Shown: one piece after another, positions 1 through 9,162 of the stretch
Numbering within the stretch: the first letter of the stretch is position 1
How the letters are laid out: each line of letters opens with the position of its first letter
Source: Verrucomicrobiota bacterium
GTDB taxonomy: Bacteria > Verrucomicrobiota > Verrucomicrobiia > Chthoniobacterales > Chthoniobacteraceae
Reading direction: 5' to 3'
Length of the DNA: 64,000 bases
NCBI GenBank assembly: GCA_041159065.1
Contig: JBEBAG010000288.1
Coordinates: 380-64,379, forward strand
Program-made: the position numbers and the translations under genes
Notes under the pieces: generated by a model
What the model saw: only the letters and a program-made list of their open reading frames with translations
What the model was told of the DNA's origin: nothing
Database searches by the model: none

Positions 1-439
1 CGGCGGAGAATCCGATGATGCCAATCTTGGCGGGATCCACCTTCAACGCCGGGGCCATCGAGCGGAGGGTGCGAATGGCGCGCTGCGCATCGGCGAGCGG
101 AAGAAACGAATTCCCGTTTGGGAGCCGGTACTCGAGCACCGCTCCCACGATCCCGTTCTGGTTCAACCACTGGGCGATTCCGTGTCCCTCGGGGCCCGTG
201 ACCTTTCCCCGGTACCCGCCGCCGGGACAGATCACCATGGCGACCCCGGTGGGCTTCGTAGGAACATGGATTGTCAGCGTGGCCTTGGATGGGGCGGTGG
301 CTCCGCCGCCCACGGGCGCCTCGCCTGGCCAGAGCGGGAACGATTCGGGATTGCCCGGGGATGCCGCGGGAAGCGGGCAGCACATCAAGCCGAGGAACGC
401 GCCGACGCAAAGGGAGGGGAAAAGGAGGGAGGGTTTCAT
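1..439 (-). CDS. alpha/beta-fold hydrolase (esterase-like), N-terminal part only; the gene continues beyond the window start
   Basis: Own reverse-strand translation from ATG (cat at 437-439): MKPSLLFPSLCVGAFLGLMCCPLPAA (signal peptide) ...VAMVICPGGGYRGKVTGPEGHGIAQWL... KIGIIGFSA(G). This gives a GGG oxyanion-type region and the start of a GxSxG nucleophile elbow at the window edge. It is absent from the ORF track because no stop lies inside the window. Confidence 0.55.
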   Translation of the reverse strand, partial: MKPSLLFPSLCVGAFLGLMCCPLPAASPGNPESFPLWPGEAPVGGGATAPSKATLTIHVPTKPTGVAMVICPGGGYRGKVTGPEGHGIAQWLNQNGIVGAVLEYRLPNGNSFLPLADAQRAIRTLRSMAPALKVDPAKIGIIGFSA

Positions 440-735
440 GGGATGGATCCGCGGACGGCGGAGCAGTTGGCGCGCCGGAGCGGCGCCTCATCCGCATTCA
501 TTCCTCGCGCGGGATCTTTTGTTTGGGATCTCGCGCAGCGTCCAAAGTGCGAGGGTCAGGAGCGCGAGCCGAACGAGGTTTCAGGCAGACCACGTCAGCG
601 CGAGATGCTGAACCGCGGTCGCATTCGCCAGCGGGGTGGCGAAAGTTTCGTGGGGTGACCCCGGGCGGGGAGGCTCATCGCTTGGGGTTTGGGGGCTTTG
701 GGGATCTGCCGTGCGGTCGGGGGGCTCGTCCGTTT

Positions 736-2238
736 TCAGGTCCCGCAGAAGGTGCGGTAGGGCGGCGCGTCGGTTGGGGCGGGCTCAAGGTAGCGCGGCG
801 GGATTCCGGGCAGCGGGTCCCAAGGGGAGGCGAGGACTTCAAGCAACTGGTGGAGGGGAGCGAGTTGGTCGTTCTCGGTGGCGGCGTTGAGGGCTTCCTC
901 GACGAGGTGGTTGCGCGGGATGAGTGCGGGGTTGTGGCGGCGCATCTGCTGGGCGGCGATTTCGGGAATGTGGAAGGGATGGCCGGGTCGGTTTCTGCGG
1001 CTCAGCCAGCGGGCGTGCCATGCGCGGAAGGCGGGGTCCTCGAAGGGGGGCTGGAGGAGGGCTTCCTCGGAGCTGAGGGCGCGGAAGGTGCGGGTGTAAT
1101 CGGCCCGGGAGGCGGCCATCCAATCGAGCAGTTCCTGGGCGAGCGCGGTGTCGTCGGGTTCGGCGCCCGGGAGGCCGAGTTTGGCGCGGAGCGTGTCGGC
1201 CCAGTGGGTTTCGAATTGGGTGTGGAAATGCTGCAGTTGGGCGTTGGCGAGTTCGATGGCGTGCTTTTCTTCGGAGTGGAGCAGGGGGAGGAGCGCCTCG
1301 GCGAAGCGCGCGAGGTTCCACTGGGCGATGAAGGGCTGATGGGCGAAGGCGTAGCGGCCGGAGCGGTCGATGGAGCTGAAGGTGGCCTGCGGATCGTAGC
1401 GGTCGATGAACGCGCAGGGGCCGTAGTCGATGGTTTCGCCGGAGATGGCGGCGTTATCGGTGTTCATGACCCCGTGGACGAAGCCCACCTGCATCCAGCG
1501 GGCGAGGAGCGAGGCGTGTGCCTCGGCGACGGCGCGGAGCAGGGTGAGGGCGGGCGTTTCCTGGGGATGGGCGCTGGGGTAGTGGCGTTGCAGGGCGTAG
1601 GTGGTGAGGGCCTCGAGCAGGGGGCGTTCGCCCTTGGCGGCCGCCCATTCGAAGGTGCCGATGCGCAGATGGCTGGCGGCGACCCGGGTGAGCACCGCCC
1701 CCGCGAGGGGTTCGTTGCGGAAGACGGGCTGTCCGGTGGCGACGACGGCGAGGCTGCGGGTGGTGGGGATGCCGAGCGCATGCATGGCCTCGCTGATGAG
1801 GTATTCGCGAAGCATCGGGCCGAGGGCGGCGCGGCCGTCGCCTCCGCGCGAGAAGGGGGTGGGGCCCGAGCCCTTGAGTTGGATATCGAAGCGGGCGCCG
1901 CCGGGGGTGATCTGTTCTCCCAAAAGCAGGGCGCGCCCGTCGCCGAGGATGCTGAGGTGGCCGAACTGGTGGCCTGCGTAGGCCTGGACGAGGGGGGAGG
2001 CGCCGGGAGGCAGGAGATTGCCTGCGAAAATCGCGGCGCCCTCGGGCGAGTCGAGGGCCTCGGGATTCAGTCCGAGGGCGCATGCGAGCGTGCGGTTGAA
2101 CACGAGGAGGCTCGGGGCCTCGACCGGGGTGGGTTCCCAGGGGCGGTGCAGGGGGGCGGGAAGCGAGGCGTAGGAGTGCTCCAGTTTCCAGCCGGCTTCC
2201 GGTGCGGGCGGGGCGGGCGGCAATGGGGAAGCGGTCAT
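736..2238 (-). CDS. selO: protein adenylyltransferase SelO (YdiU/UPF0061 family)
   Basis: Track ORF 736-2352, trimmed to ATG at 2238 (MTASPLPP...). SelO hallmarks: AGHQFGHLSILGDGRALLLGE, QLKGSGPTPFSRGGDGRAAL, FVHGVMNTDNAAISGETIDYGPCAF. The C-terminus is ...YRTFCGT, with a Cys three residues from the end. Confidence 0.9.
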   Translation of the reverse strand: MTASPLPPAPPAPEAGWKLEHSYASLPAPLHRPWEPTPVEAPSLLVFNRTLACALGLNPEALDSPEGAAIFAGNLLPPGASPLVQAYAGHQFGHLSILGDGRALLLGEQITPGGARFDIQLKGSGPTPFSRGGDGRAALGPMLREYLISEAMHALGIPTTRSLAVVATGQPVFRNEPLAGAVLTRVAASHLRIGTFEWAAAKGERPLLEALTTYALQRHYPSAHPQETPALTLLRAVAEAHASLLARWMQVGFVHGVMNTDNAAISGETIDYGPCAFIDRYDPQATFSSIDRSGRYAFAHQPFIAQWNLARFAEALLPLLHSEEKHAIELANAQLQHFHTQFETHWADTLRAKLGLPGAEPDDTALAQELLDWMAASRADYTRTFRALSSEEALLQPPFEDPAFRAWHARWLSRRNRPGHPFHIPEIAAQQMRRHNPALIPRNHLVEEALNAATENDQLAPLHQLLEVLASPWDPLPGIPPRYLEPAPTDAPPYRTFCGT

Positions 2239-2278
2239 GCTCCTCTCTACGCCGGAAGCCGGGGGAAGAACAGAGCGG

Positions 2279-3349
2279 CTACCGCCCCACCTCGGCCGCG
2301 CCTCCGAGGGATCCGGCGGAGGATCCGCCCGCGGGGCTGGGGGCCGGGACATTCCACACGGCCGGCTGGCCCTTTCTCTGGAGCTCGAGCCATGCGAGGC
2401 CTGCTCCGAGAACGCTCTCGTGCCCGCCTTCGAACACGGTGACCCGGGTCTGGCCGGAAATTCGGCGCAGCAGCACGGGGCGTTTCGAGTACAGGGGATC
2501 GCCGCCGTCGAAGCGGAGGGCCTCGGGCACTTGGGCGAGGGTGGTCATGGAGCGGAGGTCCTCGTCCGGGATGCGTTTTTCCGGGGCGGCCAGGGCGTTG
2601 AATGCCTTGAGGGAGTGGCTGACGGGCACGCTGCCTTTGTGTCCGTCCCAGATGCCGGTGTTGAGGTCCATGGGGATGCCGGCGGCGGAGGCGAACCAGG
2701 TGGAAGCGGAGCGGTGGCGGTATTGGGCATCGACTTCGGGGGAGGAACCCGGAGGGCCTCCGCAGGCGGCCTCCATCATGCGTGCGTAGGGGTCGCTGGG
2801 ATTCCGGGAGCGTTCGGAATGCCAGTCGCGCAGATCAAAAATGCCGCACCATTGCGACACGCCCGCCCAGAGGTGCGGGGCTCTTCCGGCGAGGAGCATG
2901 GACGCGAAGCCGCCCCCGGAGCAGCCGATGAGATAGATGCGATTGGGATCGACGGGGGCTTGGGATTGCGCCCATTCCACGACGCTGAGGATGTCTTGGA
3001 CGACGAGATCGGAGCCGCAGGCTTCGGGGGTTTTATTGGGGCCGCGGAAGTGGGGGTGGACCAAGACCCAGCCTTTGCGGATGCACCATTCGGCGTAAGC
3101 GGGTTCGGCCTGGAGATGGGTGCCGCCCCAGGTGTGAAGGGCGACGAGGAGGGGTGCGGGCGTGGAGGCTTGGGGTCGGTAGAAGAGGGTGGGTTGGAGG
3201 GTCTGGTCGGCGCGGCTGCGGTAGTGCTGTTCGGAGACTGCGGGAGGCCAGCCGGGGAGGGGCGTTTGGGGGGGAGGCTCAGCGAGGGCGGCGAGGGGGA
3301 GGGCGAGCAGGAGCAGGGCGGGAAGCGTTCGGGTGGGGAGGAAGTGCAT
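2279..3349 (-). CDS. secreted alpha/beta hydrolase (peptidase S9/esterase-like)
   Basis: Track ORF 2279-3427, trimmed to ATG 3349 (MHFLPTRTLPALLLLALPLAALA signal peptide). Nucleophile elbow RIYLIGCSGGGFASML; LVALHTWGG oxyanion-type region; 40 nt upstream of selO on the same strand. Confidence 0.75.
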   Translation of the reverse strand: MHFLPTRTLPALLLLALPLAALAEPPPQTPLPGWPPAVSEQHYRSRADQTLQPTLFYRPQASTPAPLLVALHTWGGTHLQAEPAYAEWCIRKGWVLVHPHFRGPNKTPEACGSDLVVQDILSVVEWAQSQAPVDPNRIYLIGCSGGGFASMLLAGRAPHLWAGVSQWCGIFDLRDWHSERSRNPSDPYARMMEAACGGPPGSSPEVDAQYRHRSASTWFASAAGIPMDLNTGIWDGHKGSVPVSHSLKAFNALAAPEKRIPDEDLRSMTTLAQVPEALRFDGGDPLYSKRPVLLRRISGQTRVTVFEGGHESVLGAGLAWLELQRKGQPAVWNVPAPSPAGGSSAGSLGGAAEVGR

Positions 3350-3444
3350 GGAGGGAGTGGGCAGGATAGCGCGGAGGCGCGTTTCTGCGGGAGTGCAGGT
3401 TTCCAAACACGCGTCAGCGAAGCGCAAACGTGCGCACCCCGGCG

Positions 3445-6400
3445 TCAGGGGCGCGGGGAGGAGAAAAACGTGGACGTGAGCATGAGGCCTTCGGTGCTCC
3501 CCGCGCGCCTCAGGTAGATTATCGCTCCGGAGGGGCTGAGGCTAAGAGCCTCGGGGATGCAGAGGGTCCAGGGGATTTCCTCTTTGAGGGAGATGGTCTT
3601 CTCTTCCATTTCCCAGATTTTCACGGTGCCGTCCTCGGAGGCGCTCACGAGGTAGGGCTTGGAGGCGTGCCACTCGAGCGCGTTGACGAGGCTTTCATGG
3701 GCTCGGAAATCGTAGCGGACGACGAGGGTCTGGGCGTCGCGGATGCGGATGCGCTTGTCGCGTCCGGCCTCGGCGATCCAGCGTCCATCGGGGGAGGTGG
3801 AGAGGGTGTAGGCGGCGGGGGCGGCGACCTGTTTGAGGATGGCGCCGGAGGAGGCGTCCCAGAGGATGATGAAACGGGTTTCCTGGTCGGCGGCGTTCTG
3901 ATTGGCGGAGAAAGATTTGTTGACGATTTCCGCGACGCATCGGGAGTTCACCCACGAGACCATGTTGCGGTTGTCTGCATCCTCGGTGGAGGGTTCCCAG
4001 CCGGAGCGCTGGGTGGTTGCAATGAGGTTGCCTTCGGGAACGCGGTAGATTTTGCCATACTGCCAGACCTCGTTCCCGGAGGGGCTGAGGATGGGATGAT
4101 GAGCGGGGGAGAGGGAGAGGGGGTGGAGTTTGGTGAGCTCTTTGCCGGTCGGGAGGGGAGCGAGGGAAAGGCCGGATCGTTGGAAGAAGCGGATGCGCTG
4201 ATTGAAGGACCCTGCGCAGGCGATGCGGGAGGCGTCGCGGTTGGTGGAGGCGATTTGACCGGGAGGTTCGGTTTCGCCCTCGGTGGTCACGGGGGTGGGC
4301 TCGCCGAGTTTCTGAATGAGGACTTTGGCGCGGCCGTGTGAGAGGCCGCTGGAACTTGAGAAAAGGAGATTCGACGCGTCGTCCAGGATCCGGATTTTGG
4401 AGAAGCTCGACGGGGCGGCGGTGGCGGGGCGGGGCGGGGGAGAGAGTTTCCAGATCCGGATGCCGTAGCTTTTGAGGAGAGCGACGGCATTGGCCTGAGG
4501 GTGGTAGGCGAGGATCCAGAGTCCGCCATAGGGGCGGGTCAGGGGGACGGAGCGGAGGAGGCGGCCTCGGGAAGCATCCCAGAACTGGAGGGCGGCACCG
4601 GTGCCGGAGGTGGCGCAGAGGGTCATGAGGCGCTGTTCCTTGCCTGCGAAAGCCATGGCTAGAAGCTGTTGCGGGGTAGGGATTTCACACTCGGTGTTCC
4701 AGGAGGGCTTGTTGATTTTGCGAATGCGGCTGCCATTCCAGGTGAAAAGGGAGCCGCCGTCGCCCGAGGTGAGATAAAGGTGGCCATTGGCGACGGGCCG
4801 GGGGCCGGTGAAGGGGAAGGGCAATTCGGCGACTTCTCCCGTTGGGGCACCCGTGAGCAGGTCGACATCAAAGAACTCGCCGGTCGCGGCCGTGCTGTTG
4901 GAGAGGCCCTTGCGGCAAAAGATGCGCGCGGTTTTTCCGGAATCGGACAGCTCGCCCGTCAAGGGGTTGCTGGGGTCGAAGGGGTTGTCGATTTCCCAGA
5001 CCATCTGTCCGGAGGCGAGGTTCCAGAGTTGCAGGGACTCTCGATCCTTTTGCTTGCCTTCGAGGAGCAGCAGGCTGCCATCGTGGTTCAGGCTGATCCG
5101 CCGGACGTCGCGGGGGGGGCTGGCCAGGGGAATCTGGGCGAGCTTCTCGCCGGAGGGGAAGCTGCGGACATCGGCGAAGGTTTCCAAGGTCTTGCCTGCG
5201 GTAGTCCGGGTCGCGGTGAAGACGAGCTTCGGGCCCTTTTTGCTCACGGCGAGCCCCTGGTAATTGGAGGCGTCGCCTTGGAAGAGTTTCCGGATGGCGC
5301 CTGTTTCCGTGTCGACCTCGCTCACGACGCCGTTTCGCTGGAGCGTGACGAGCCCGTTGGATTTGGGGACAGGGCTCGGGACGGCGCACAAGAAGGCGGA
5401 GCGGTCCGTGGCGGTCACGGTGACGTCAGCGGCGTCGATGCGGTTGCGGAGGTATTTCCAGTCCGCAGGACGGAGGTCTCCGGGCACCTCGTTGAGGATC
5501 CGGAGGGCGCCTTCGGCATTGAGTTCCTGCTCGGCAGCCTCTGCGAGCGCGATCTGGGCCCTTGCGGCAGAGCGCCGGGCGGACTCCTTTTCCTGGAGGG
5601 CTTTGTTTTCGTTTGCGGTGGCTTGGATCGCGTTTTTGCGGGCGACCTTTTCGCTTTCGAGGGCTTTGCGTTCGCTGATGCGCAGGTGCGAGATGAACCA
5701 GACGGCGCTGGAGCATAACAAAAGCGCGGCGGCGGCGGCGGTGGAGAAAGCGCCCTTGTTTCTGCGGATCAGGAGCAGGAGTTGTTTGGCAAGGCCCGCC
5801 TTTTCGGCGCCGGTGGCAAACCCGGTTTGGTAGGCCTCGATATCGGCCATGAGCGCTCCAACGCTTTGGTAGCGGTCCTCGCGCCGGAGGGCCATGGCCT
5901 TGAGCGTGACGGCCCGCAGGGCGCTTGGAACTTCATTGCCGAGGAAAGGGACAGGCATCTCGCCGTTTTTCCGGGGGCTGGGCCCGCGGACTTCGGTCAT
6001 GGAGGTGATGGTGCCGTTTCGGACTTTGGTGAGGACTTCCTCGAGGGAGCTGCCCTCGACGGGGGCGCGCAGGGTGAGGATGGCGTAGAGAATGGCTCCG
6101 AGCGAATAGAGGTCGGAGCGGTGATCGAGGTCGGAAATACGGCCTTCCGCCTGCTCTGGAGACATGTACTGAGGGGTCCCCATGACATCGCCTTCCAGCG
6201 TCATGCCCAGATCCGCGGAGGCCGCGAGCCCTGGCGATGCGGTGGGGACGGGATCGTGGGATTCTTCGCCGATGACCTTGGCGAGCCCCCAGTCCATGAC
6301 GAGCACCTCCCCGAATTCGCCGACCATGACGTTCTCCGGCTTCAGGTCGCGGTGCAGAATGTGTTTGGAGTGGGCGAAAGCGAGCGCGTCGCAGACTTTG

Positions 6401-7254
6401 CGGAAGATGGTGAGGAGGCGGTCGAGGGAGAAGTGGGTGCAGGTTTCGAGGTCGCCGTCGCGCAGGGCGAGGATGATGGCCTGGAGGGTGCGTCCCTTCA
6501 CGAGCTTCATGCTGTAGAAGGGGCGCCCGTGCGAATCGTTTCCCAGGTTGTAGACGGGAACGATGTTGGGGTGTGCCAAGAGAGCGAGCACCTCGGCCTC
6601 CCGCGCGAAGCGCAGATCGCTCCTCCCCAGGCCCGCACTGCTTACCTTGACCGCCACCTGCCGGTGCAGCATCGGATCTTCCCCCTCAAAAATGCGGCCC
6701 ATGCCTCCCCGGGCAATTTCGCCCCGGAGACGGTACTCCATGTGGACGGGGGCCGTCTCGCCGGCCTGCTCCTCGGACGGACCGGGGGCAAGGGGGAGGG
6801 TGGTCTTTGGCTTTGGGCCCACGCGCGCCATGGGGATGGTGGCTCCGAGGTCGGCGACCGGAGGCTTGGGAGTCTGGGGGGCGGAGGTTGGCGGCGGTCG
6901 CCTTGGCACCGGGACGGTGACGGCGGCGTCGAAGGAGCTTTCGCTGGGGGAGGGGGATTCGATCTGCTCGAGTCCCAGAAGCACTGAGCCCAGTTGGAGT
7001 GTGGCGGGGTAGGGGACCTCCACGATGCCGGAAATGGGATAGCCCTCCACGAGGATCTCCCCGTCGGGGTGGAGTTCCTGCACCTCGAGATGGGTGGGCA
7101 GGAGGCTGATCTGGGCGTGTCGGGGGGCGATGCCGGGTTCCTCGAGTTGGATCGGGCAGGTGGCATCCGAGCCCAGCGTGTACACGCCCTCCTCGAGATC
7201 CCAGACCCGGACCGGTCCGTCGGATCCTTGCTGAGAGAGGGACCAGCGAGGCAT
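3445..7254 (-). CDS. FHA domain / Hanks-type Ser/Thr protein kinase / single TM / C-terminal WD40-type beta-propeller protein (1269 aa)
   Basis: FHA-like N-terminus YTLGSDATCPIQLEEPGIAPRHAQISL. Kinase motifs VAVKV, HRDLKPENVMV, DWGLAK, GTPQYMSPEQ. One hydrophobic segment AFSTAAAAALLLCSSAVWFISHL (about 5683-5754). It is followed by a coiled-coil-like stretch and about 680 aa of propeller-type repeats ending ...YLVSASEDGTVKIWEM. Confidence 0.9.
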   Translation of the reverse strand: MPRWSLSQQGSDGPVRVWDLEEGVYTLGSDATCPIQLEEPGIAPRHAQISLLPTHLEVQELHPDGEILVEGYPISGIVEVPYPATLQLGSVLLGLEQIESPSPSESSFDAAVTVPVPRRPPPTSAPQTPKPPVADLGATIPMARVGPKPKTTLPLAPGPSEEQAGETAPVHMEYRLRGEIARGGMGRIFEGEDPMLHRQVAVKVSSAGLGRSDLRFAREAEVLALLAHPNIVPVYNLGNDSHGRPFYSMKLVKGRTLQAIILALRDGDLETCTHFSLDRLLTIFRKVCDALAFAHSKHILHRDLKPENVMVGEFGEVLVMDWGLAKVIGEESHDPVPTASPGLAASADLGMTLEGDVMGTPQYMSPEQAEGRISDLDHRSDLYSLGAILYAILTLRAPVEGSSLEEVLTKVRNGTITSMTEVRGPSPRKNGEMPVPFLGNEVPSALRAVTLKAMALRREDRYQSVGALMADIEAYQTGFATGAEKAGLAKQLLLLIRRNKGAFSTAAAAALLLCSSAVWFISHLRISERKALESEKVARKNAIQATANENKALQEKESARRSAARAQIALAEAAEQELNAEGALRILNEVPGDLRPADWKYLRNRIDAADVTVTATDRSAFLCAVPSPVPKSNGLVTLQRNGVVSEVDTETGAIRKLFQGDASNYQGLAVSKKGPKLVFTATRTTAGKTLETFADVRSFPSGEKLAQIPLASPPRDVRRISLNHDGSLLLLEGKQKDRESLQLWNLASGQMVWEIDNPFDPSNPLTGELSDSGKTARIFCRKGLSNSTAATGEFFDVDLLTGAPTGEVAELPFPFTGPRPVANGHLYLTSGDGGSLFTWNGSRIRKINKPSWNTECEIPTPQQLLAMAFAGKEQRLMTLCATSGTGAALQFWDASRGRLLRSVPLTRPYGGLWILAYHPQANAVALLKSYGIRIWKLSPPPRPATAAPSSFSKIRILDDASNLLFSSSSGLSHGRAKVLIQKLGEPTPVTTEGETEPPGQIASTNRDASRIACAGSFNQRIRFFQRSGLSLAPLPTGKELTKLHPLSLSPAHHPILSPSGNEVWQYGKIYRVPEGNLIATTQRSGWEPSTEDADNRNMVSWVNSRCVAEIVNKSFSANQNAADQETRFIILWDASSGAILKQVAAPAAYTLSTSPDGRWIAEAGRDKRIRIRDAQTLVVRYDFRAHESLVNALEWHASKPYLVSASEDGTVKIWEMEEKTISLKEEIPWTLCIPEALSLSPSGAIIYLRRAGSTEGLMLTSTFFSSPRP

Positions 7255-7349
7255 AGGGGGCTTCTAAGAGCAGGCGGCGGGCCAAAGTGCTCCCGGAGCG
7301 TCTGCGGAAGTCTGCAAGGGATAGACCTTCTGCCGGGCCGTCCCCTCGG

Positions 7350-7394
7350 AAAAACGAAGGCCGTTCCCCGCCGCGCGGGCGTGGGAACGGCCTT
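7350..7394 (-). terminator. Rho-independent terminator downstream of the glutathione peroxidase gene
   Basis: On the minus strand: AAGGCCGTTCCC (7383-7394) / 14-nt loop / GGGAACGGCCTT (7357-7368), a perfect 12-bp stem followed by CGTTTTT. It starts 16 nt after the stop at 7410. Confidence 0.6.
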
Positions 7395-7409
7395 GGAGAG
7401 ATGAAGAGG

Positions 7410-7976
7410 CTAGGATTTTTTCAGTGCGGCTTCGATGGCGGCTTTGAGCACCTCGGATTCCGGCGTGGTTTTGGAGTCGAAGCGCTCTGCGAGGGCTCCA
7501 TCCTTCCCGATCAGGAATTTGTTGAAATTCCACGCCACCGGTCCCGGGCGGCCGGCGGCGGCGCCGGTGAGGGCGGCAAAGAGGGGGTGGGCGCCTTCGC
7601 CTTTGATGGTGACTTTGCTGAAGAGCGGGAAGGTGACCTGGTACTTGGTGGTGCAGAACTGGAGGATTTCCGCCTCCGTTCCGGGCTCCTGGCCGCCGAA
7701 ATCATTGGAGGGGAACCCGACGATGACGAGCCCCTTGTCCTTGTACGTTTGGTAGAGGGCTTCGAGTCCCGCGTACTGCTTGGTGTAACCGCATTTGCTG
7801 GCGACGTTCACGACGAGGAGGACCTTGCCGGAGAAGGCGCCGAGGGTGGTGTCTTTTCCGTGGATGTCCTTGACGGGGATGCCGAGCAGGTCCGGGGCGG
7901 AAGCCGCGTGGAGTGCGGGGCAGAGGAGGGGCAGGGCGAGGAGGGGGAGACTGAGGAGGAAGGCACGGAGTTTCAT
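7410..7976 (-). CDS. glutathione peroxidase (Cys-type), secreted
   Basis: VLLVVNVASKCGYTKQYAGLEALYQTYKDKGLVIVGFPSNDFGGQEPG is the classic GPx signature. The catalytic residue is encoded by TGC (Cys), not TGA. Signal peptide MKLRAFLLSLPLLALPLLCPALHA. Confidence 0.9.
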   Translation of the reverse strand: MKLRAFLLSLPLLALPLLCPALHAASAPDLLGIPVKDIHGKDTTLGAFSGKVLLVVNVASKCGYTKQYAGLEALYQTYKDKGLVIVGFPSNDFGGQEPGTEAEILQFCTTKYQVTFPLFSKVTIKGEGAHPLFAALTGAAAGRPGPVAWNFNKFLIGKDGALAERFDSKTTPESEVLKAAIEAALKKS

Positions 7977-8031
7977 GAGGCCTCCAGAGTAACGGGAAGC
8001 CCAACGGGCGCACGCTGGAAAAGGGGCGGGC

Positions 8032-9162
8032 TCAGGAGAGGCCCGGGATTTGGAGCTTGGCGGCCATGCGGCGGGGGCGGCGGAGGGCGTCCTGCATGCG
8101 GAGGGATTCGCCGGGGGGACGTTGGTCCCGGCAGGCGGGATGGGTTTCCGGCGAGTGGAGGAGACCCAGTTCGGCGAGGACGTGGGCGGTGCTGTGCTTG
8201 TAGGCGCTGGCGCTGGAGCGCTCGTCGAGCCGGAAGACCTGGTCCTCGAGGGATTGCATGGCCTCGAAGAGCTTGTAGACGCGGGTGTCGAAAAGGCCGG
8301 TGCCGGTTTTGAACCGTTTTTGTTCCACCGAATCGAGCAGCCACATGTCCTTGGCCGCGCAAATGAGCGGGGCGCCGCTGACCGCCGCCCCGATCAGCAG
8401 GGGCAGCCCGAGCTTGATAGCGGTGGCGATCCCGAAGTCGTCCCCGCTGTGGGGGGCGAAATCGAGCTGGAGATCGTGACACATGGCCGCCCAGTACAGG
8501 AAGTGGGGCTCGTCGAGGGTGCTGATTTTGCCGCCGACAAACTTGGGGTGCAGGGCGAGTTGGTGGAGGAGCCAGGGCTCGAAGGGGGTGGCCCAGGGGA
8601 CGAAGGCCGGTTCGAGCGCGTGCACGATTCCGGGGCGCACCAACAGCTCCGCGAGCTGGTAGTAGGCGTCCCGGCGGGACTGCGGTTCGAGTGCGTTGAG
8701 GAGGGGGGAGGTCATGAGCATGACCTCGCAGCGGTCGTAGACCTGGACGAGGTCGAGCAGGGGCCGGTAGTGGTCGGGATCGAAGGCGGTTGCGCCCGCG
8801 TTGGGGCGGGCGGTGACGCCCGCAATGAAGCGGCGTTCGGGGAAGGCGTCCCGGAAGCGCCGCAGCACCTCGGCGTATTCGGCTTCGCTCAGGTCGAAGA
8901 GGTAGCCGGTGTCGGCATTGAGGACGGGGACGAACTCGACTCCGTAGCGGGCGGCCGCCGCGTCCATCCAGCGGATGCTGGCGAGGAAGCCGTCCCAGTC
9001 GGGCTGCCGGTCGCGGAAGGGCAGGAGGGCGGCGCCGCAGAGCCGTGCGGTGCGGGTATGGTTGACGAGCGATTCCTCCGGGGTCCATGCCCAGATGGTT
9101 TGGGACCAAGGGGTGTCCGGGCGGAGGTCGGCGGGGTTGCGGATGAGGGCATCGGGGTTCAT
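8032..9162 (-). CDS. TIM-barrel protein with weak similarity to the DapA/N-acetylneuraminate lyase class I aldolase family (function tentative)
   Basis: 376-aa ORF whose ATG overlaps the stop of the upstream flavin oxidoreductase gene (ATGA at 9159-9162). VLNADTGYLFDLSEAEYAEVL resembles the GTTGE..S.EE region, and FVGGKISTLDE resembles the Schiff-base lysine strand of DapA-like enzymes. The coding call is solid; the family call is by eye only. Confidence 0.55.
   Translation of the reverse strand: MNPDALIRNPADLRPDTPWSQTIWAWTPEESLVNHTRTARLCGAALLPFRDRQPDWDGFLASIRWMDAAAARYGVEFVPVLNADTGYLFDLSEAEYAEVLRRFRDAFPERRFIAGVTARPNAGATAFDPDHYRPLLDLVQVYDRCEVMLMTSPLLNALEPQSRRDAYYQLAELLVRPGIVHALEPAFVPWATPFEPWLLHQLALHPKFVGGKISTLDEPHFLYWAAMCHDLQLDFAPHSGDDFGIATAIKLGLPLLIGAAVSGAPLICAAKDMWLLDSVEQKRFKTGTGLFDTRVYKLFEAMQSLEDQVFRLDERSSASAYKHSTAHVLAELGLLHSPETHPACRDQRPPGESLRMQDALRRPRRMAAKLQIPGLS

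Noticed and set aside
271-2442. 723-aa plus-strand ORF covering the selO locus
   Set aside because: It is antisense to a gene with unmistakable SelO motifs. Its translation is Gly/Arg/Ala/Glu-rich low complexity with no recognisable domain. Long stop-free antisense frames are expected at this GC content.
7410-7976. Glutathione peroxidase as a selenoprotein (in-frame TGA plus SECIS)
   Set aside because: The catalytic position in VASKCGYT is encoded by TGC (Cys). The ORF is uninterrupted, so no recoding is needed.
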